From: Diplonema japonicum
Lineage: Eukaryota; Protista; Euglenozoa: Diplonemea
DNA length: 64,000 nt
Direction of reading: 5' to 3'
Assembly: GCA_964019335.1 (NCBI GenBank)
Contig: OZ025737.1
Coordinates: 248,001 to 312,000, forward strand
Of the stretch, positions 23,846-36,448 are shown one piece after another. A program made the translations under genes and the position numbers. Under the pieces are notes generated by a model. That model had not been told where the DNA came from and made no database searches. It saw only the letters and a program-made list of their open reading frames with translations. Each line of letters starts with the position of its first letter. Within the stretch, counting starts at the first letter, position 1.

Positions 23846-23880
23846 TGAAACTTTCTGGGGTTGCCTCAGGAAGGCTTTTT

Positions 23881-23914
<34 letters not shown>

Positions 23915-23955
23915 AATAGAAAGAAAAATAAAATAGAATAAAACCCACACACGAA

Positions 23956-24156
23956 TACTGTAAAGTGAAAAAGTTGTATTGACGATTGTTCGAAGCCTCT
24001 CGGCGTCTGGAAATTTGTCAGGCCGGACTATTTTAATTTTTGTAAAATAACGTCCGAGGTTGATCTTGACGCTGCGAAGCTATTGGATGAGCTTTTTGGC
24101 TTCTGATTTGTCAGTCCAAAAATTATTTCAATGTCCTTTTTCATTTTTAAACAGTA
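23956..24156. mobile_element. ~200-bp MITE with TA-CTGT termini (pogo-like end)
   Basis: TACTGTAAAGTGAAAAG ... TTTTTCATTTTTAAACAGTA imperfect IR; same TACTGTAAA start as the 19028 element. Confidence 0.5.
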
Positions 24157-25227
24157 TTTGTAATAAATGAGTTGTTTTTGTTTTTAAAAAAAAAAAAAAA
24201 AGAAAGAAAAAAAAGAAGAAAGAAAAAAAAGAAAAAGAGCCCGGAGGGGGCAGCCATTTTGTTCGGTTTTTTTTTAGCCTTGTTTTCCCCAACCTCCCTT
24301 GGGTTTTCTCACTCCCTTAGTCCCTTCCCTTTTCTTCAAGAAAGAAAAAAAAAAAAAAAAAGGAAGAAAAAGGAACGAGGAAGAATCCTAGTGGCTACAT
24401 GGGATGCCTGTTCAACACCTCTCCCCAGTTCTCTTATACTTTTTTTTTTCCTTCTTTTTTTTCTTCCTTCCCCCCCCCCCCCCCCCCCCCCTCCTTTATT
24501 CCCTTCATGGCTTTAAATTTGAATGAACTACCTCGAATACAATAGAATTTATCTTTCAAAAGTGAGAAAAAAAAAGTAAAGTGCAGCCATGCTGAGGGGG
24601 GGGGGGGGGGGGGGGAGGGACTTTAAAAAATTATTTTATTATTTTATCTTTTCTTTTCTTCTTTGATACCGAGAAAGAGCAGTAAAAGATGAGGAGGGCA
24701 TTGTCACAAGAGGGAGTTTAAAAAAAAAAAAGAACAAGAGGGAAACAAAAGAAAATGAAAATGAAAATGAAACAAAACGTGAATAAACAATAAACGAAAA
24801 AAAAAAAAAAGAAAATGATAGGCTTTTCTTTCCCTTTTTTTTATTTTTATTTTTTGTCATCAACGTGGTTGTCAGACCACACCCCCCCCCCCAGCTTTTT
24901 TTTCCTCTAACAGAATCATCAAGTACTACTAAACTAGGCTTGACTCCGCGCAGGGCCAACCTTGGCCCTAGGCGCAGAGATTTCCTTCTTTCTTTTCTCC
25001 TCAAAAATTTTCCTTCTTTTCTTTCTTTCCTTTTTTTTTTTAACGAGAAAAATAAGGTCCTCAGGTTTTACCTCCTTTAAACCTTGGAGGGCCTCTTATT
25101 TTTGCTTTTTTTTTTTGCGAAAAAAAGGAGAACGAAAGAAGACCCCCCTCCCCCCGTTTTAAAAAGAATAATGAGGTACACGAATGATGCACTATTGGGG
25201 ACACCTTTCTTTTCAATAATAATAATC

Positions 25228-25680
25228 ATAGTATCCAGGGCTAACCCATCGCGGGTTTTTAAGTACAGCCGAGTTTTAAAATTGACGTCAAATGAACAGC
25301 GAGCGTGCAACCATGCTTATAACCCTTCTATTCGTATCCCGGCCCCCCAGCATCAAAACGACTTGAAAAAGGATTATTTTCCCGAAGGCTTTCCCTGTTT
25401 TTTCCAGGAAAAAAAAAAAAAAAAAAAAAAAAGAAAAAGAAAAAGAAAAGAAAATTAAGCATGGTCTTGGTATTTAAATATGGGTAGATAAGTGGAGACA
25501 AGGGGGACGTTCCAAAACAGGAACCTCCTTTATCTCATCTCTTGATATGGGTTTTGGATCGATCAAACCGATCATTATCCGAGATAAACCCATTCATTAA
25601 CCCGACTGTGATCGAAAAATCTAAAATTGCTCGGGTCAGGTTTCAAAACCCGAAGGTGATCGGTTAACCCTGGATACTAT
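25228..25680. mobile_element. Non-autonomous TIR element (~450 bp), superfamily unresolved
   Basis: ATAGTATCCAGGGCTAACC / GGTTAACCCTGGATACTAT (18/19 match); followed by (TACTA)n. Confidence 0.75.
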
Positions 25681-26064
25681 ACTATACTATACTTTTAACA
25701 ACCAAGCGATCGAAGCTAGAATGAAGGTGTAGAAAAAAAAAAAAGAGACATTTGTTATTACGCCCTTCTTTATTCCATTGACCCTTCCCACCCAACCTTT
25801 TGCTTTGTAAAAGAGTCCATGGCTTTCCCCCCTGCTGGTGGGCGTGGCTCAGTTCTTCATCTTTCTTTCGCATATTCCTTTCTTTCTCGTTTCCCTTTCT
25901 TCAGGCTTTCTTTGTTGTACCCCTTTGCACTGATACAGACCTAAGGTGGGTGGTAACTATGATTGCGTCTTGTATGAAAGGGGAACCCAGTTTGTTATTA
26001 TTATTATTTTTTTTTCTCCAGTTACTTAATGTAAACCCCTTGATTGAATTGTTATTGTTTGGGG

Positions 26065-26103
<39 letters not shown>

Positions 26104-26147
26104 CGACCTCCTTTATTTAAACAAGCAATGCTCAGTTTCTTGTATGA

Positions 26148-26150
26148 AAA

Positions 26151-26189
<39 letters not shown>

Positions 26190-26190
26190 A
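26148..26190. repeat. (AAAT)n microsatellite
   Basis: About 10 copies. Confidence 0.9.
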
Positions 26191-26390
26191 GAGGAAAACA
26201 ACGTACACGATAACCAGTTAATTTTTTTCCCCACCCAAGTCAGTAAGCAGAATTTCCACCACTGTTTACGGTAACCCACAACTTCTTTCCCACCGTCCAC
26301 GGTGACCCTAGTTATTTGGTAAACCCGGGTTTGCGGGTTTGGCGGGTTTTGGTCCCTAGTTATTTGGTTACCGTGGACATTGTTATTCTC
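26191..26390. mobile_element. 200-bp MULE-derived MITE related to 20384-21909
   Basis: 25-bp TIR, 20/25 match (GAGGAAAACAACGTACACGATAACC / GGTTACCGTGGACATTGTTATTCTC); shares TTCCACC...ACGGTAACC motifs; flanks ATAAATAAA / ATAAATTTA resemble a decayed 9-bp TSD. Confidence 0.7.
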
Positions 26391-26554
26391 ATAAATTTAA
26401 TTTAAAAATAAATAGCAAAAAGGCACGTGCCGATTCTTTTCCACTACTTTTCGGGCTGCCCCCTCCCTTATCCCCTTATCTGGTAATTTGGCTGTAGCTA
26501 CAGAAAGGGAATGGATGAGAAAATAAAAGGGGACCCTAAACATATTTTTTTTGG

Positions 26555-26599
<45 letters not shown>

Positions 26600-27426
26600 G
26601 TTTGTCACCTCCTCCCCTCCCTTGTCAATGGCCTTTTTTTCTTTTTATAGCAAGTCAGTCATGAGTCAGTGCTTAAAAGCGCAGAATTTGACAAGAAAAA
26701 AAAAATAAGGAAAGTGCCTCATTATCAACACCCATCCCTTCCCCTCCCCTCCCTTCGAATTCCCGCGGTCCCTCTTGGGCGCGCACTGTGGCTTTAAAGT
26801 GAGTGGCGCTGGAGTTTTTAATGTGTGGGAAGCCGCCAGCACTGGCCTCATTGTTATTTTTATTTTTTAAGGTGGTGGGGATAACATGGAAAATAAAAGA
26901 AGTACATCAGAAAGCCCCTCCTCTATTCCAGACCCCTCCTTTTTTTTTTCTCGACCGACTTCCCCTTTCTCCCCCCCTGTATTCCCTCTCCTTCCTTCTT
27001 TGTACTGAAAACATATACTTTTTTAGAAAAAAAGAAAAAAAGAAAAGAAAAGAAGGTGTTTCGTGTTTGTGAAAAGAAAAAAGAAAAGCAGGAGGGACCT
27101 ACCTTCTCTTTTTGGTCTTCACAGAGTGCCAATGTACCGCAGAAAATGACAAGTGGAGGACAAGTGGAAATGAGGGGATAATGAAGAAAAAGGGGAAGAA
27201 GAAAAAAAAGAAAGTGGCGCCATGTTAATTAGCTGTTTTTTTTACGGTGTACAGGAAACTCTGGCCACAACGCGCCACTTCTTTTAAATAGTTTTTTTTT
27301 TTTCTTTTTCTTTTTTTTTTATAAACCACCCCCTCCTAACTTTTTTTTTTTTTAAATTATTAACCTTACTTCCCTTTTTTTTCATTGAGATTTATCTTTG
27401 AGAGCGTGCGCATATTTTGCGAATGA

Positions 27427-27462
<36 letters not shown>

Positions 27463-29362
27463 CAACAACTAAAAGAACCTGTAACTGGGGAACCTTTCCC
27501 TCCCCTTTTACTGTAATTTTATTTATCGGTACCCTCCCTCCCCGCCTTTAAATGTGCGATTTATTTCCCCCCCTTTTTTTTTTCTTTTTTTTTCTTTTCT
27601 TGCTTTCTTTCCTTCGTTCTTTTATCTTTTCAACCCTTCAAAAAAGCTGAACAAAATGGAGGGGGGAAAAGAAAGAGAAAAAAGAAAAGTCTATATAAAC
27701 CGTCGGGGAGCCGCCTGGTAGTTTCACAAAGAAAAAAAAAAAAGAAAAAAAAAAAGAAAGCAAAAAGTCCACTTTTTAAAAAAAAAGGGGGGGGGAAAGA
27801 AAAATGTTGCCAGAGCGGGCACTCTCAAACCCCTTCTCATCTTTATTATTCCTTCCCTTCTTTTTTTGTTTTTTTTTGTTTTCTTTTCTGCGAAACGAGG
27901 TGCTAAACCTTCTTTTATTTTCTCCCGGCTAGAAAAATGGTGTGCCGCCAAGCCGGCAAATAATCTCAGAAAAAAAAAAAAAGAAAAAAAAAATGGTGAA
28001 ATTAAATTTAAAAAAAAAAAAAAAAAAACTTCTTTCCCGTGTTTTCTTTCTTTTTCTCTTCTTCTCTTCTTGGCCCGCAAAGAAAAAAAAAAGTTTCTTA
28101 TTTCTTCTTTCCCATGTTTCCATTGCCGGTTGGCGAAAAAAACCAGCGTTGTGGAGAACTGTTTTTCAAAGGATCCTCTTGATACAGGTTAAACGCACGG
28201 TGCACTGGTGCTTGGTGCACTTCCCAAGGGGTCCTAGCAAAACCTCCCAACGGGGGCTTGGGGCTTGCGTGGTACCAGACTTCAAATATAAAGTGGGAAA
28301 AAAGAAAAGAAAAGGATGAAAGAAAGTATTCACCTTGCCCTCCCCCCTATTTTGCCGCCCTTGGTGTCTTCACGTTTCAAGGCTAAAAAGTGTGTTCGTT
28401 CTTTGCGCAGTAGACCAGTCTTCTTCCCCCCCCCCCCTCCCCACAACACATTTTCCTTCTTTTGTAAAAACAAATTTCATACAAAGCCGCCTGTCTCTCT
28501 GAAATGCCCGAAGCAGCTTTTTTTTTTTTCTCTTTCTTCTTTTCTTTTCTTTTCTTTTCTCGATTCTTTTTTGGGGGGAAGGAAAAAGAAAAAAAAAAAA
28601 AAAAAAAAAAGCAAAAAAAAGATGATTTTAGGTTTTGCTTCGGGTAACCAAATATACGTGATATGGGGGGTTTTTTTTTATAAAGAACAAAAAAAAAAAA
28701 AAAAAAAGAAAAAGAAAACACTTTATCTTTCCACCCTTTTATTATTACTTTTTCTTCTTCCAGACTAACAGAGATTCTGGGGTGACGAGAATGTGCCCAA
28801 TGTTCCCAATAGAAGTCCAGCCAAGAGTCACCCCCCCCCCCCCCCCCCCCCCCCCCTCAGTTTCAGTTCTTTCTTTCCCTGTTAAAATTAACCCCTCCCT
28901 TTTGCTCCCTCCCACAAAAAAAAAAGAAATTAAAACAAAGCGGATCGACTCTAATTTTTTCCGATTTTCTTTCCCCTTCCCCCCTTTTTTTTTCTCTTAC
29001 TTCTCACCTCTCTACCTCCCTGCATCTTGATTTTTTTTTTTTTTTCTTTCATTTTCTTTCTTTCTTTTTGCTGGCGCATCAGCGAGCTGAAACGCCGCCG
29101 AATCCCATTTCCGACCGTTCGCGGGCCTCTTCAACCTGTCAACGTGATAGAGAGGACAGGACAGTGGCCGAAACTGATCACGACCTGCAAACTGCGCTGG
29201 GCTGGCAGAAGGCTCAATGAGGCCTACATTTCTGCATGAAAACAGTGGCCTTCAGCACAGCCAGGTGGTGTGTGGTTAAAAAAACGTCCTTGCCCTCGCT
29301 GTGTTGCTGCAGATGAGACACAGTGACCTCGTGGGATTTGCCTTAAACATCGCCCCTCCCCT

Positions 29363-29397
<35 letters not shown>

Positions 29398-29613
29398 CTT
29401 GCTCCCCTCCTTTTTTTTCCCCACCCCCTTTCCCTCGGTTTTTTATTTTTTTTTAAACTTTTTAAAAACTTAAAAACTTCTTTTTTATATGGATTCACCT
29501 TACAAAACAAAAGTATAAAAAGGAAAAGGAGGCGGGAGGGTGGGGTGGGAGGGTGTGAATATAACGAACATAGACTGGTCCGAGACGGCAGGCACTTGGC
29601 ACCCGGTGGTGGG

Positions 29614-32436
29614 ATGCCAAGGACTCCAAGTGTAGGGAAAAGAGCAAGCCCAAGAGGGATGAGCCCCAGCCCAGGGGGTGCCCTCGCCGAGCAGAAAGAA
29701 CACATATCTCCAGGGAGGAAAAACAATAAGCTGGTCACAGTCGTAGCACGATGCCGGCCGCTGCTGGAGGGTAAGGACTCCGAAGTTGGAATCACCATGG
29801 CAGGGAGCACTTTCCACGTCTTACCCGTTAGGGAAACAGGCCACAAAGGGAACTCATTCACATTCGACCACACCTACTGGTCGATCCCGAACACATCAGG
29901 CATACCCTGCGCGTCGCAAGAAACAATCTACAAAGATATAGGCCGCACTACCTTAGCAAACAGTATGAAGGGGTACAATTGCACCATCTTGGCTTACGGC
30001 CAAACCGGGTCAGGCAAGTCGTACTCCATGTTCGGCGGCGAGCAGGTCACACAGGGGAAGCAATCCCGGAAGATCCGCCCCCCCCGCCTTGCAACCACCG
30101 TGCCCTCTTCGGGGATCATACCCAGGCTTGTCAATGATTTGTATGCGTTCATCGATGGCCATTCTGATGTCCGGTTCACTGTTGAAGTAACGTTCTACCA
30201 GATATATTTGGAAAAGGTGACGTGTTTATTAAGCCCTGGGAAAGGTGTGCTAAAGGTGAGGGAGCACCCTCTGACGGGGCCTTATGTGGAGGATCTGACG
30301 AGCTGTTTGTGCGATTCGAAAAAGAACTTCTTAAAGGTTCTCGAGGAAGGGAACAAAGCCCGGCGTGTAGGGTCCACCCGGCAGAACCTCGTCTCGTCTA
30401 GGTCCCACGCCGTCATCGGGATCACAGTGACGCACCAGTCTCGAGCCAGCAACACGACCACTGTGTCCAAGATCTCGTTGGTGGATCTTGCTGGGTCTGA
30501 AAGGGTGGCAAAATCCGGTTTGTCTGGTGTTGGTGTAATAGAGGCCACCACCATCAACCAGTCCCTTTCCATCCTCGGTAAGATCATCTCTGTCCTCGGC
30601 AGCAAAGCCTACAAAAGCGGCACTTCTTCCTCTTACGTCCCTTATCGCGACTCTGTCCTCACCTGGCTCCTCCGCGAGTCCCTCGGTGGCAACTCCCGCA
30701 CCATAATGCTAGCGACCATCAGCCCCTGCGCCTCCGACCGCGAGGAGACTCTCTCCACACTCCGCTACGCTGACCAAGCTAAGAAGATCGTCAACAAGGC
30801 CGTTGTGAACGAAGGGTCCCCCCGGAGGATCATCCACCAGCTCAAGTGCGAGATCAAGTTCCTCGAGGAGCAGCTGTACAAGGGGGCCGACGTTGTCCTT
30901 CAGCAGAAGCTGGTCCAGTCGCAGAAGCTGATGGAACAAATGTCCAAAACATGGGACGAGAGATGGACCGACACCCAAGCGCTGCTGAAGGAGAAAGAAC
31001 GGGAGACAAAAACGCTGCAAGAAGAGAAGATTAATATGGGGCGGGAAATCAAGAGGCTTGCGGAGGAACTCAAGAAGGCCCAGTTGCAGAAGGAGACAGC
31101 CGTGGAGACAGCAAAGATGGAAGCACAGCAAGTGAAGATGGAGTACCAACGGCTGCACGACGAGTACGCTGGGAAGTGCGAAGAGCTGATGAACTTGACG
31201 AGCAGGACGCCTTCGCTGTCTTCAGCTCCTGTGCTGGGCTCCAGTGTGTCGAGCTTCATGTCAACACCACCCATCACGCCGAGGGACCCACTGTTGCGGG
31301 AGGTGCGTGAAACAGCACAACACTTGCAAGAGACCTTCAGAGCAGGCTTCCGTACGAACTCCCCGCGTCCCATGTCACGGCCTACAGGTACCGGCCGTGG
31401 TCCGTCCCCCCTCCCTCGCCGCCCGCCACCTTCTCCTTTGTCGCACCGTGCCGTCTACGCACAACCGCAAGTAACCCTGCCTCGCAGGTCGCCCTCTCCC
31501 AGCACATGCTCTTCTTCCTCCTACGACTCCGAGTCCTGTACGTCCGATGAGTCTGATGCTTCATCAGAGATACCATTTAGGCAATACAAACCCCTGCGCC
31601 CCCCTGTGGCCCCCTTGAGGGACACCTCCCGCTCTCTGCCTGATAGGGGCAGAGGGCGTGAGCGTGCCAAAGAGGAATACGAACCAGTGCCCGAGCCCGT
31701 ACGGGTGGGCGAGCGTGAACAGGACTACATGCAAGAACGGGGCAGGAGCACAGAAACACGCGGTGACAGCGTGCAGTCGACGGGGACTGCGGGGAGCTTC
31801 TTTGACAGGCCTCGTCCGGGGTCCCCGTTGATTGCGGTAAGACAACCATCGCCGTCGGGGAGGAGGGCGCGGCAGAACGTGGAAGAGGACGAGAGGTGGC
31901 GGAAGTGGTTGGAAACAAGAAAGAACGGTGAGAAGGGACGCCCCTCAACACCAATACCTATGCAGCAGGGGAGGGAACAACCTGCACCAGTGCCTATGAA
32001 CGGAGCAGGGATGCTAGGGGCGCTAGGGGTCACGGGGAGGGTGCCGGTCATCAAACACGTGAGGCAGCCGTCGCCTCACAGCATGGCACGGCGGGAGGAC
32101 AGAGCTGCACCGAAGTATGTGGACCCTGTTGCTGTGACACCGAGTGAGACGCTAGAGGCCAGAAGGGAACGGGAAAAAGAAAAAGAGAGAGAAAGGGAAA
32201 GAGAAAGAGAGCGAACGACCAGCCCCTCTGATGACTCCAGTGATGATGAACTGCAACACGAAACGGATGCAAATACACGCGAGGCGGTGCGCCTTTCTGA
32301 GATCGCAAGGAAGCGCATAGACACTGACTATCGCCGCACTAAAATGGGCCTTGCTCCCCTGCATAAGACGGCACCTGCTTACTCCTCTTCTTCTGTTACG
32401 GTTGGCTTTAACCCTGAGCTGGTTTACATCCAGTGA
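29614..32436 (+). CDS. Kinesin-3 (Unc104/KIF1/KIF13-like) motor with coiled coil and a Pro/Ser-rich tail
   Basis: FTFDHTYWS, AYGQTGSGKS, VREHPLTGPYVEDL, SSRSH, DLAGSER, PYRDSVLTWLLRESLGGNSRT; first ATG at 29614. Confidence 0.92.
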   Translation: MPRTPSVGKRASPRGMSPSPGGALAEQKEHISPGRKNNKLVTVVARCRPLLEGKDSEVGITMAGSTFHVLPVRETGHKGNSFTFDHTYWSIPNTSGIPCASQETIYKDIGRTTLANSMKGYNCTILAYGQTGSGKSYSMFGGEQVTQGKQSRKIRPPRLATTVPSSGIIPRLVNDLYAFIDGHSDVRFTVEVTFYQIYLEKVTCLLSPGKGVLKVREHPLTGPYVEDLTSCLCDSKKNFLKVLEEGNKARRVGSTRQNLVSSRSHAVIGITVTHQSRASNTTTVSKISLVDLAGSERVAKSGLSGVGVIEATTINQSLSILGKIISVLGSKAYKSGTSSSYVPYRDSVLTWLLRESLGGNSRTIMLATISPCASDREETLSTLRYADQAKKIVNKAVVNEGSPRRIIHQLKCEIKFLEEQLYKGADVVLQQKLVQSQKLMEQMSKTWDERWTDTQALLKEKERETKTLQEEKINMGREIKRLAEELKKAQLQKETAVETAKMEAQQVKMEYQRLHDEYAGKCEELMNLTSRTPSLSSAPVLGSSVSSFMSTPPITPRDPLLREVRETAQHLQETFRAGFRTNSPRPMSRPTGTGRGPSPLPRRPPPSPLSHRAVYAQPQVTLPRRSPSPSTCSSSSYDSESCTSDESDASSEIPFRQYKPLRPPVAPLRDTSRSLPDRGRGRERAKEEYEPVPEPVRVGEREQDYMQERGRSTETRGDSVQSTGTAGSFFDRPRPGSPLIAVRQPSPSGRRARQNVEEDERWRKWLETRKNGEKGRPSTPIPMQQGREQPAPVPMNGAGMLGALGVTGRVPVIKHVRQPSPHSMARREDRAAPKYVDPVAVTPSETLEARREREKEKERERERERERTTSPSDDSSDDELQHETDANTREAVRLSEIARKRIDTDYRRTKMGLAPLHKTAPAYSSSSVTVGFNPELVYIQ

Positions 32437-33093
32437 AACGTGGAAGAAAAAAAAATGAAGTTATTTTATATTTTGTAAACAGAATTATAAAAAAAAAGAA
32501 AAGTTCCTCTCCTTCTCCTTTAGATCCCCCCCATTTTTTTTTCTTAGCTAAAGATCACCTTGTTCCCTTTTCTCCTCTACCCCTTTTTTTTTATTTCATT
32601 TTTTTTTTTTTTTTTTTTGCTTTGTAGATCATCCTTTTGTGTGTGTTTTCTGTCTGGTGTCCCCCCTTCCCCCCTTCTCGAGTTGTCTAATAAATTTTAA
32701 CTGCCGCGTTCAACTTCTGAATGCCTGAGGAGACGGGACCTTGTTCAGTGCCTACGAGAGGCTGATGCCGCAAGACTACCTGGGTGAGCGTGAAACCTCA
32801 GGATTATTATTAAAAAGAAAAGTTCGCTCCAAAAAAGAAAAGCTGATCTTTGGGAGTGGCGGGGGGGAGAAGAGAAAAGTAGCACGGCTTTTCTTTTTCT
32901 TTTCTTTTTATTTGTTGAACCACCCCCCCCCCTTTTTTTTCCTGCTACTTTGTTTATGTTATTTATCCCCCTCCCTTTCCCCAATCCATTCTCCCTCCCC
33001 CCTCCAATTCCCTTATTCTTAAATTTTTTTCTCGCACCCCTACATTACATTAAAAAAGATCTTTTTACACAAGAAACCAGGGGGGGAGAGGGG

Positions 33094-33124
<31 letters not shown>

Positions 33125-33127
<3 letters not shown>

Positions 33128-35026
33128 TGTTCGCCGTGTTTGGTAAAGTTGCGGTTGAAATGCAGCGATTTAATGGTGTTTACAGATTTCGGGAGTGATC
33201 CGATAATGGTTATCGTGAAGGAGGTGCGGCTCGGGGAGGTGGGCGGCGGGGTGGAAATAGGGAGGGTGGAGGATGGTTCCACCATTGACGTGAACTTAAT
33301 CCTTGACGGTAGAAGAGGCTTCGCACTCTCCGTGATGAGCGGCCCCGACCTTGTAGGGGAGGCCACCGTGGGCATGGCCGACCTTTTAACACAAACAGAA
33401 ATCGCCAGACACGTCATCCTCGACAACTCAAGAAGCAAGGGCATCGTTACCATCAACGTCTCAGACCACCCCGACTACAGCGGCGAAGCATGGGTCTCCG
33501 CAGTGGGGTTCCAATCTATAGGCGGCTACTACGACGCCGCCACAACACATTTATCATTCCGTCGTGCTGGCGTTGTTGTGTCCCGTTCACCATCGCAATG
33601 GGAAACATATCGAGGTGACCTCCACAAATTCTCCACCGGGAAGAAAACATCGTTGTTCAAGAACTGGAAACCGAGATGGTGCGAGATCTCAAGATCGGCC
33701 TTTGCGTACTTTGAAAGTCCTGGAGGCGTGGCCAAGGGGAATATAAAATTCGACACAACTTGCATAACAGCACCTTTCTCAGCCATTAAAGAACCCGATC
33801 CGTCGGTGCACAAGGAGGTTAAGGACCCCACAACGCCTTACTTCGCGCTTCGCTGCCTCGACGGTGTGAAGCCTTTAACGGTTCTGTTCCGGGCGGAAAC
33901 GCTTACCGACAGGGATGAATGGGTTGATTTTCTGGAAAACGAAATCGAGAAATCCGTTTCCGCACCCTCAACATGGCCGGTTCTAAGAGTACCGCTGTCG
34001 ATGTTTCAGAATAAAACAGGCGATCTTGAAATGTCGGTTGTTGCGAATGATACAAATAAGCCGATCGCGTCGGCGCTCCTGTCAACGTTAGACCTCTTCG
34101 AGTCGAGAAAAATCGCACTCTCCGACTCCAAAGGACATATTTCGCTAGCGAGGGTTAAACGGAAGCGGCCTACGTTGCGGGAGTATCTCTCTTCTGGCAG
34201 GTTTGCCATCAAACCCGTTATCGCGCTCGATATGACGGCTTCGAACGGAAACGCGTCCCTCCCAACATCCCTCCATCACCACACATCCGAGTCACCATCG
34301 ATATACATGACAGTGGTAAAGGAAATTCTATCTTCATTGCAACCGTTTTCGGACGACAAACCGGTTGGGTACTACGGCTTCGGGGCGAAATTGGAAGACG
34401 GAAGCTATTCCACATTGTTCCCGATGGACAGGGAGCGTGGCTCCGAAGTGGTGCACTCTTATAAGGAGGCGGAGGGTTTTTACCAGGACGCGCTTGCAAA
34501 ATGTGATTTGTACAACCCAAGGAATTTTTCCGCGGTTTTGAAAAGCGCGTCGGAGAATTCCTCCCCCGGGGAGTACACAGTTCTGTTCATCGTGACTGCT
34601 GGGGATCCTTATGATATCCAGCAAACGGTTGACCAGTTGGTGAAGTGTTCAAGGGATGGGGTGTCAGTGGTCGTGGTGGGGGTTGGGGGGGAGCCTTTTA
34701 CGGATCTGAAACAGTTGCATCAACCTCTTCATGCGGCACCGTTTGTGTCGCCCTTGACGTTCGAAGGCGGAGTGCGCCCGAATTTCCGATTTGTGAGATG
34801 TCCGCCTCGTTCTTCTGCAGCGATACTTGCGTCTCAACCCACAACGCTTTACTCTGCGTCGGCGTGCAATCCTTTTGCAGACCAGGCCTATGATTTGAGT
34901 TCATCGCTTCTTGCTGTCTTGCACCACTTTTTGGACTGGACGCGTTACCACGACCTTCCTGTGACGCTTGACCTGGACATGAGCGATTCTACTGTGTTCG
35001 TCCCTGTCAGCGTGGATGCGGAATAG
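33125..35026 (+). CDS. Copine-like protein (C2-like regions + PH + copine vWA)
   Basis: vWA: IALDMTASNG...SLHH...YGFGAK...PRNFSAVL...YTVLFIVTAG; PH: GDLHK...KNWKPRW...FRAETLTDRDEWVDFL. Confidence 0.82.
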
Positions 35027-36408
35027 GGGGTGTTTTGTGTGTGGTTTTTTTTTTTTTTTGAAGATAGGGCTCGCAAGATCAAAGCACTGATAAGAAAGCT
35101 GAACGCGGCATGCAGGGCACGGAAGAAGCCACGCCCCTTCCCAGCAGATGAACAGAAGAGAGTGAAGTCCCTCATCGCAATAGGTGGGAAGACGGCTATG
35201 GGTTTCGCCAGGAGGCCCATCTTCGCCACCCACTCCACGCACGACAAGCTGATGGAACTGAAAGCCGCTTACAAGCGAGACCGCATCACACGACTCCGCA
35301 AGACGCTCAAGGCCTCGATTGGAACGAAAGCAATGCTCCAGAAGGGGAGTATAAATAGATAAATAGATAGCCCCAACCCACCCAAGGGCGGCCCTCCATG
35401 AGGGGGTTTGTCCTGCACTTTGAGTTTTTTTTTTTTTTTTTTTGCTCTCAAAAAAAAAAAGAAAGAAAAAGAAAAAGAAGTCTTTAATTTTCGCGCAAAT
35501 ACAGAAACTATTTACTTGGTTTTCACTTTCTTCCCCCCGTTTCCCCCCCCTTTTTTTTCTTCTCGTGATTGGTTTTGTCAGGATCAAGGGAGGGGGGGGG
35601 GGGGGAGAGAGAGAGAGAGTGAGGGAGAGAAGGGTGGAATGGAAAGAGATAACTTTTCTTTTCTTTTTGTTGCTGAAACACATCAGCAGGGGGGTTTTTT
35701 TTTATTGTCAACAAATATGATCAGTCTTTTTTTTTTATTCAGTGAGTGACAAAAAAAGAACGGGGAAAAAAATCGAAAGTTAGTTAGTGAGTATTTTTTT
35801 CTTCTTCTTCAGATCTTGCAATGCCCCCCCCCATTTTTTTTACACCCCTTTTACAACAACCTTTCAAAACCCCCCCCCCCTTATTTTGGAAGGTTCCTTC
35901 TCCGTTACTTGCGTAAGTTTTCTCACTGCTCCACCCAGATGGGAGAAGAAAAAAAATAAAAAGAAGAGGAAGAAAATAAGCTTTGTGAGTTTGCAACCAA
36001 TGCTCAAAGAAGAAAGATGAAGCAGCCCTTACCATTGGGCTAGCGCCCGCCGACAAATGATGAGAAATGAATGAACAAGAAAAAGAAAGAACACGCTGTC
36101 ACCTACGAGGGGTGTTCAAAGTTGTCAAACAACTTTGCCTATTTTAATCGGAGCTGTTTTAAAAAGAGAAATTGCATCTCCCCCGACCCCCCGCCATTTT
36201 TTCTTTGCTTCTACAAACGGCTTGAGCGCCATGTTATGATTCTCAGTTCCATTGATTTTGAATTTCTTTTGCTAGTTTTGTTTTTTTTTTCTTTTTTCAG
36301 AACCAGCAACCGCAATTGTAGGTAAACTATGTTTGAGGCCTGGATAACCCCCCCCCTATGTTTTTGTTTCCATTTTTTGTATTTCTCCCTTTCTGTATTT
36401 TTCTCCTC

Positions 36409-36448
<40 letters not shown>

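Noticed and set aside
22831-29069. Dozens of F/K/P/G-rich ORFs
   Set aside because: Translations of homopolymer runs; no coding signal.
29195-29265. SECIS element (ATGA...AAA hairpin)
   Set aside because: No matching GA on the 3' arm for the non-Watson-Crick quartet, and no upstream gene with an in-frame TGA.
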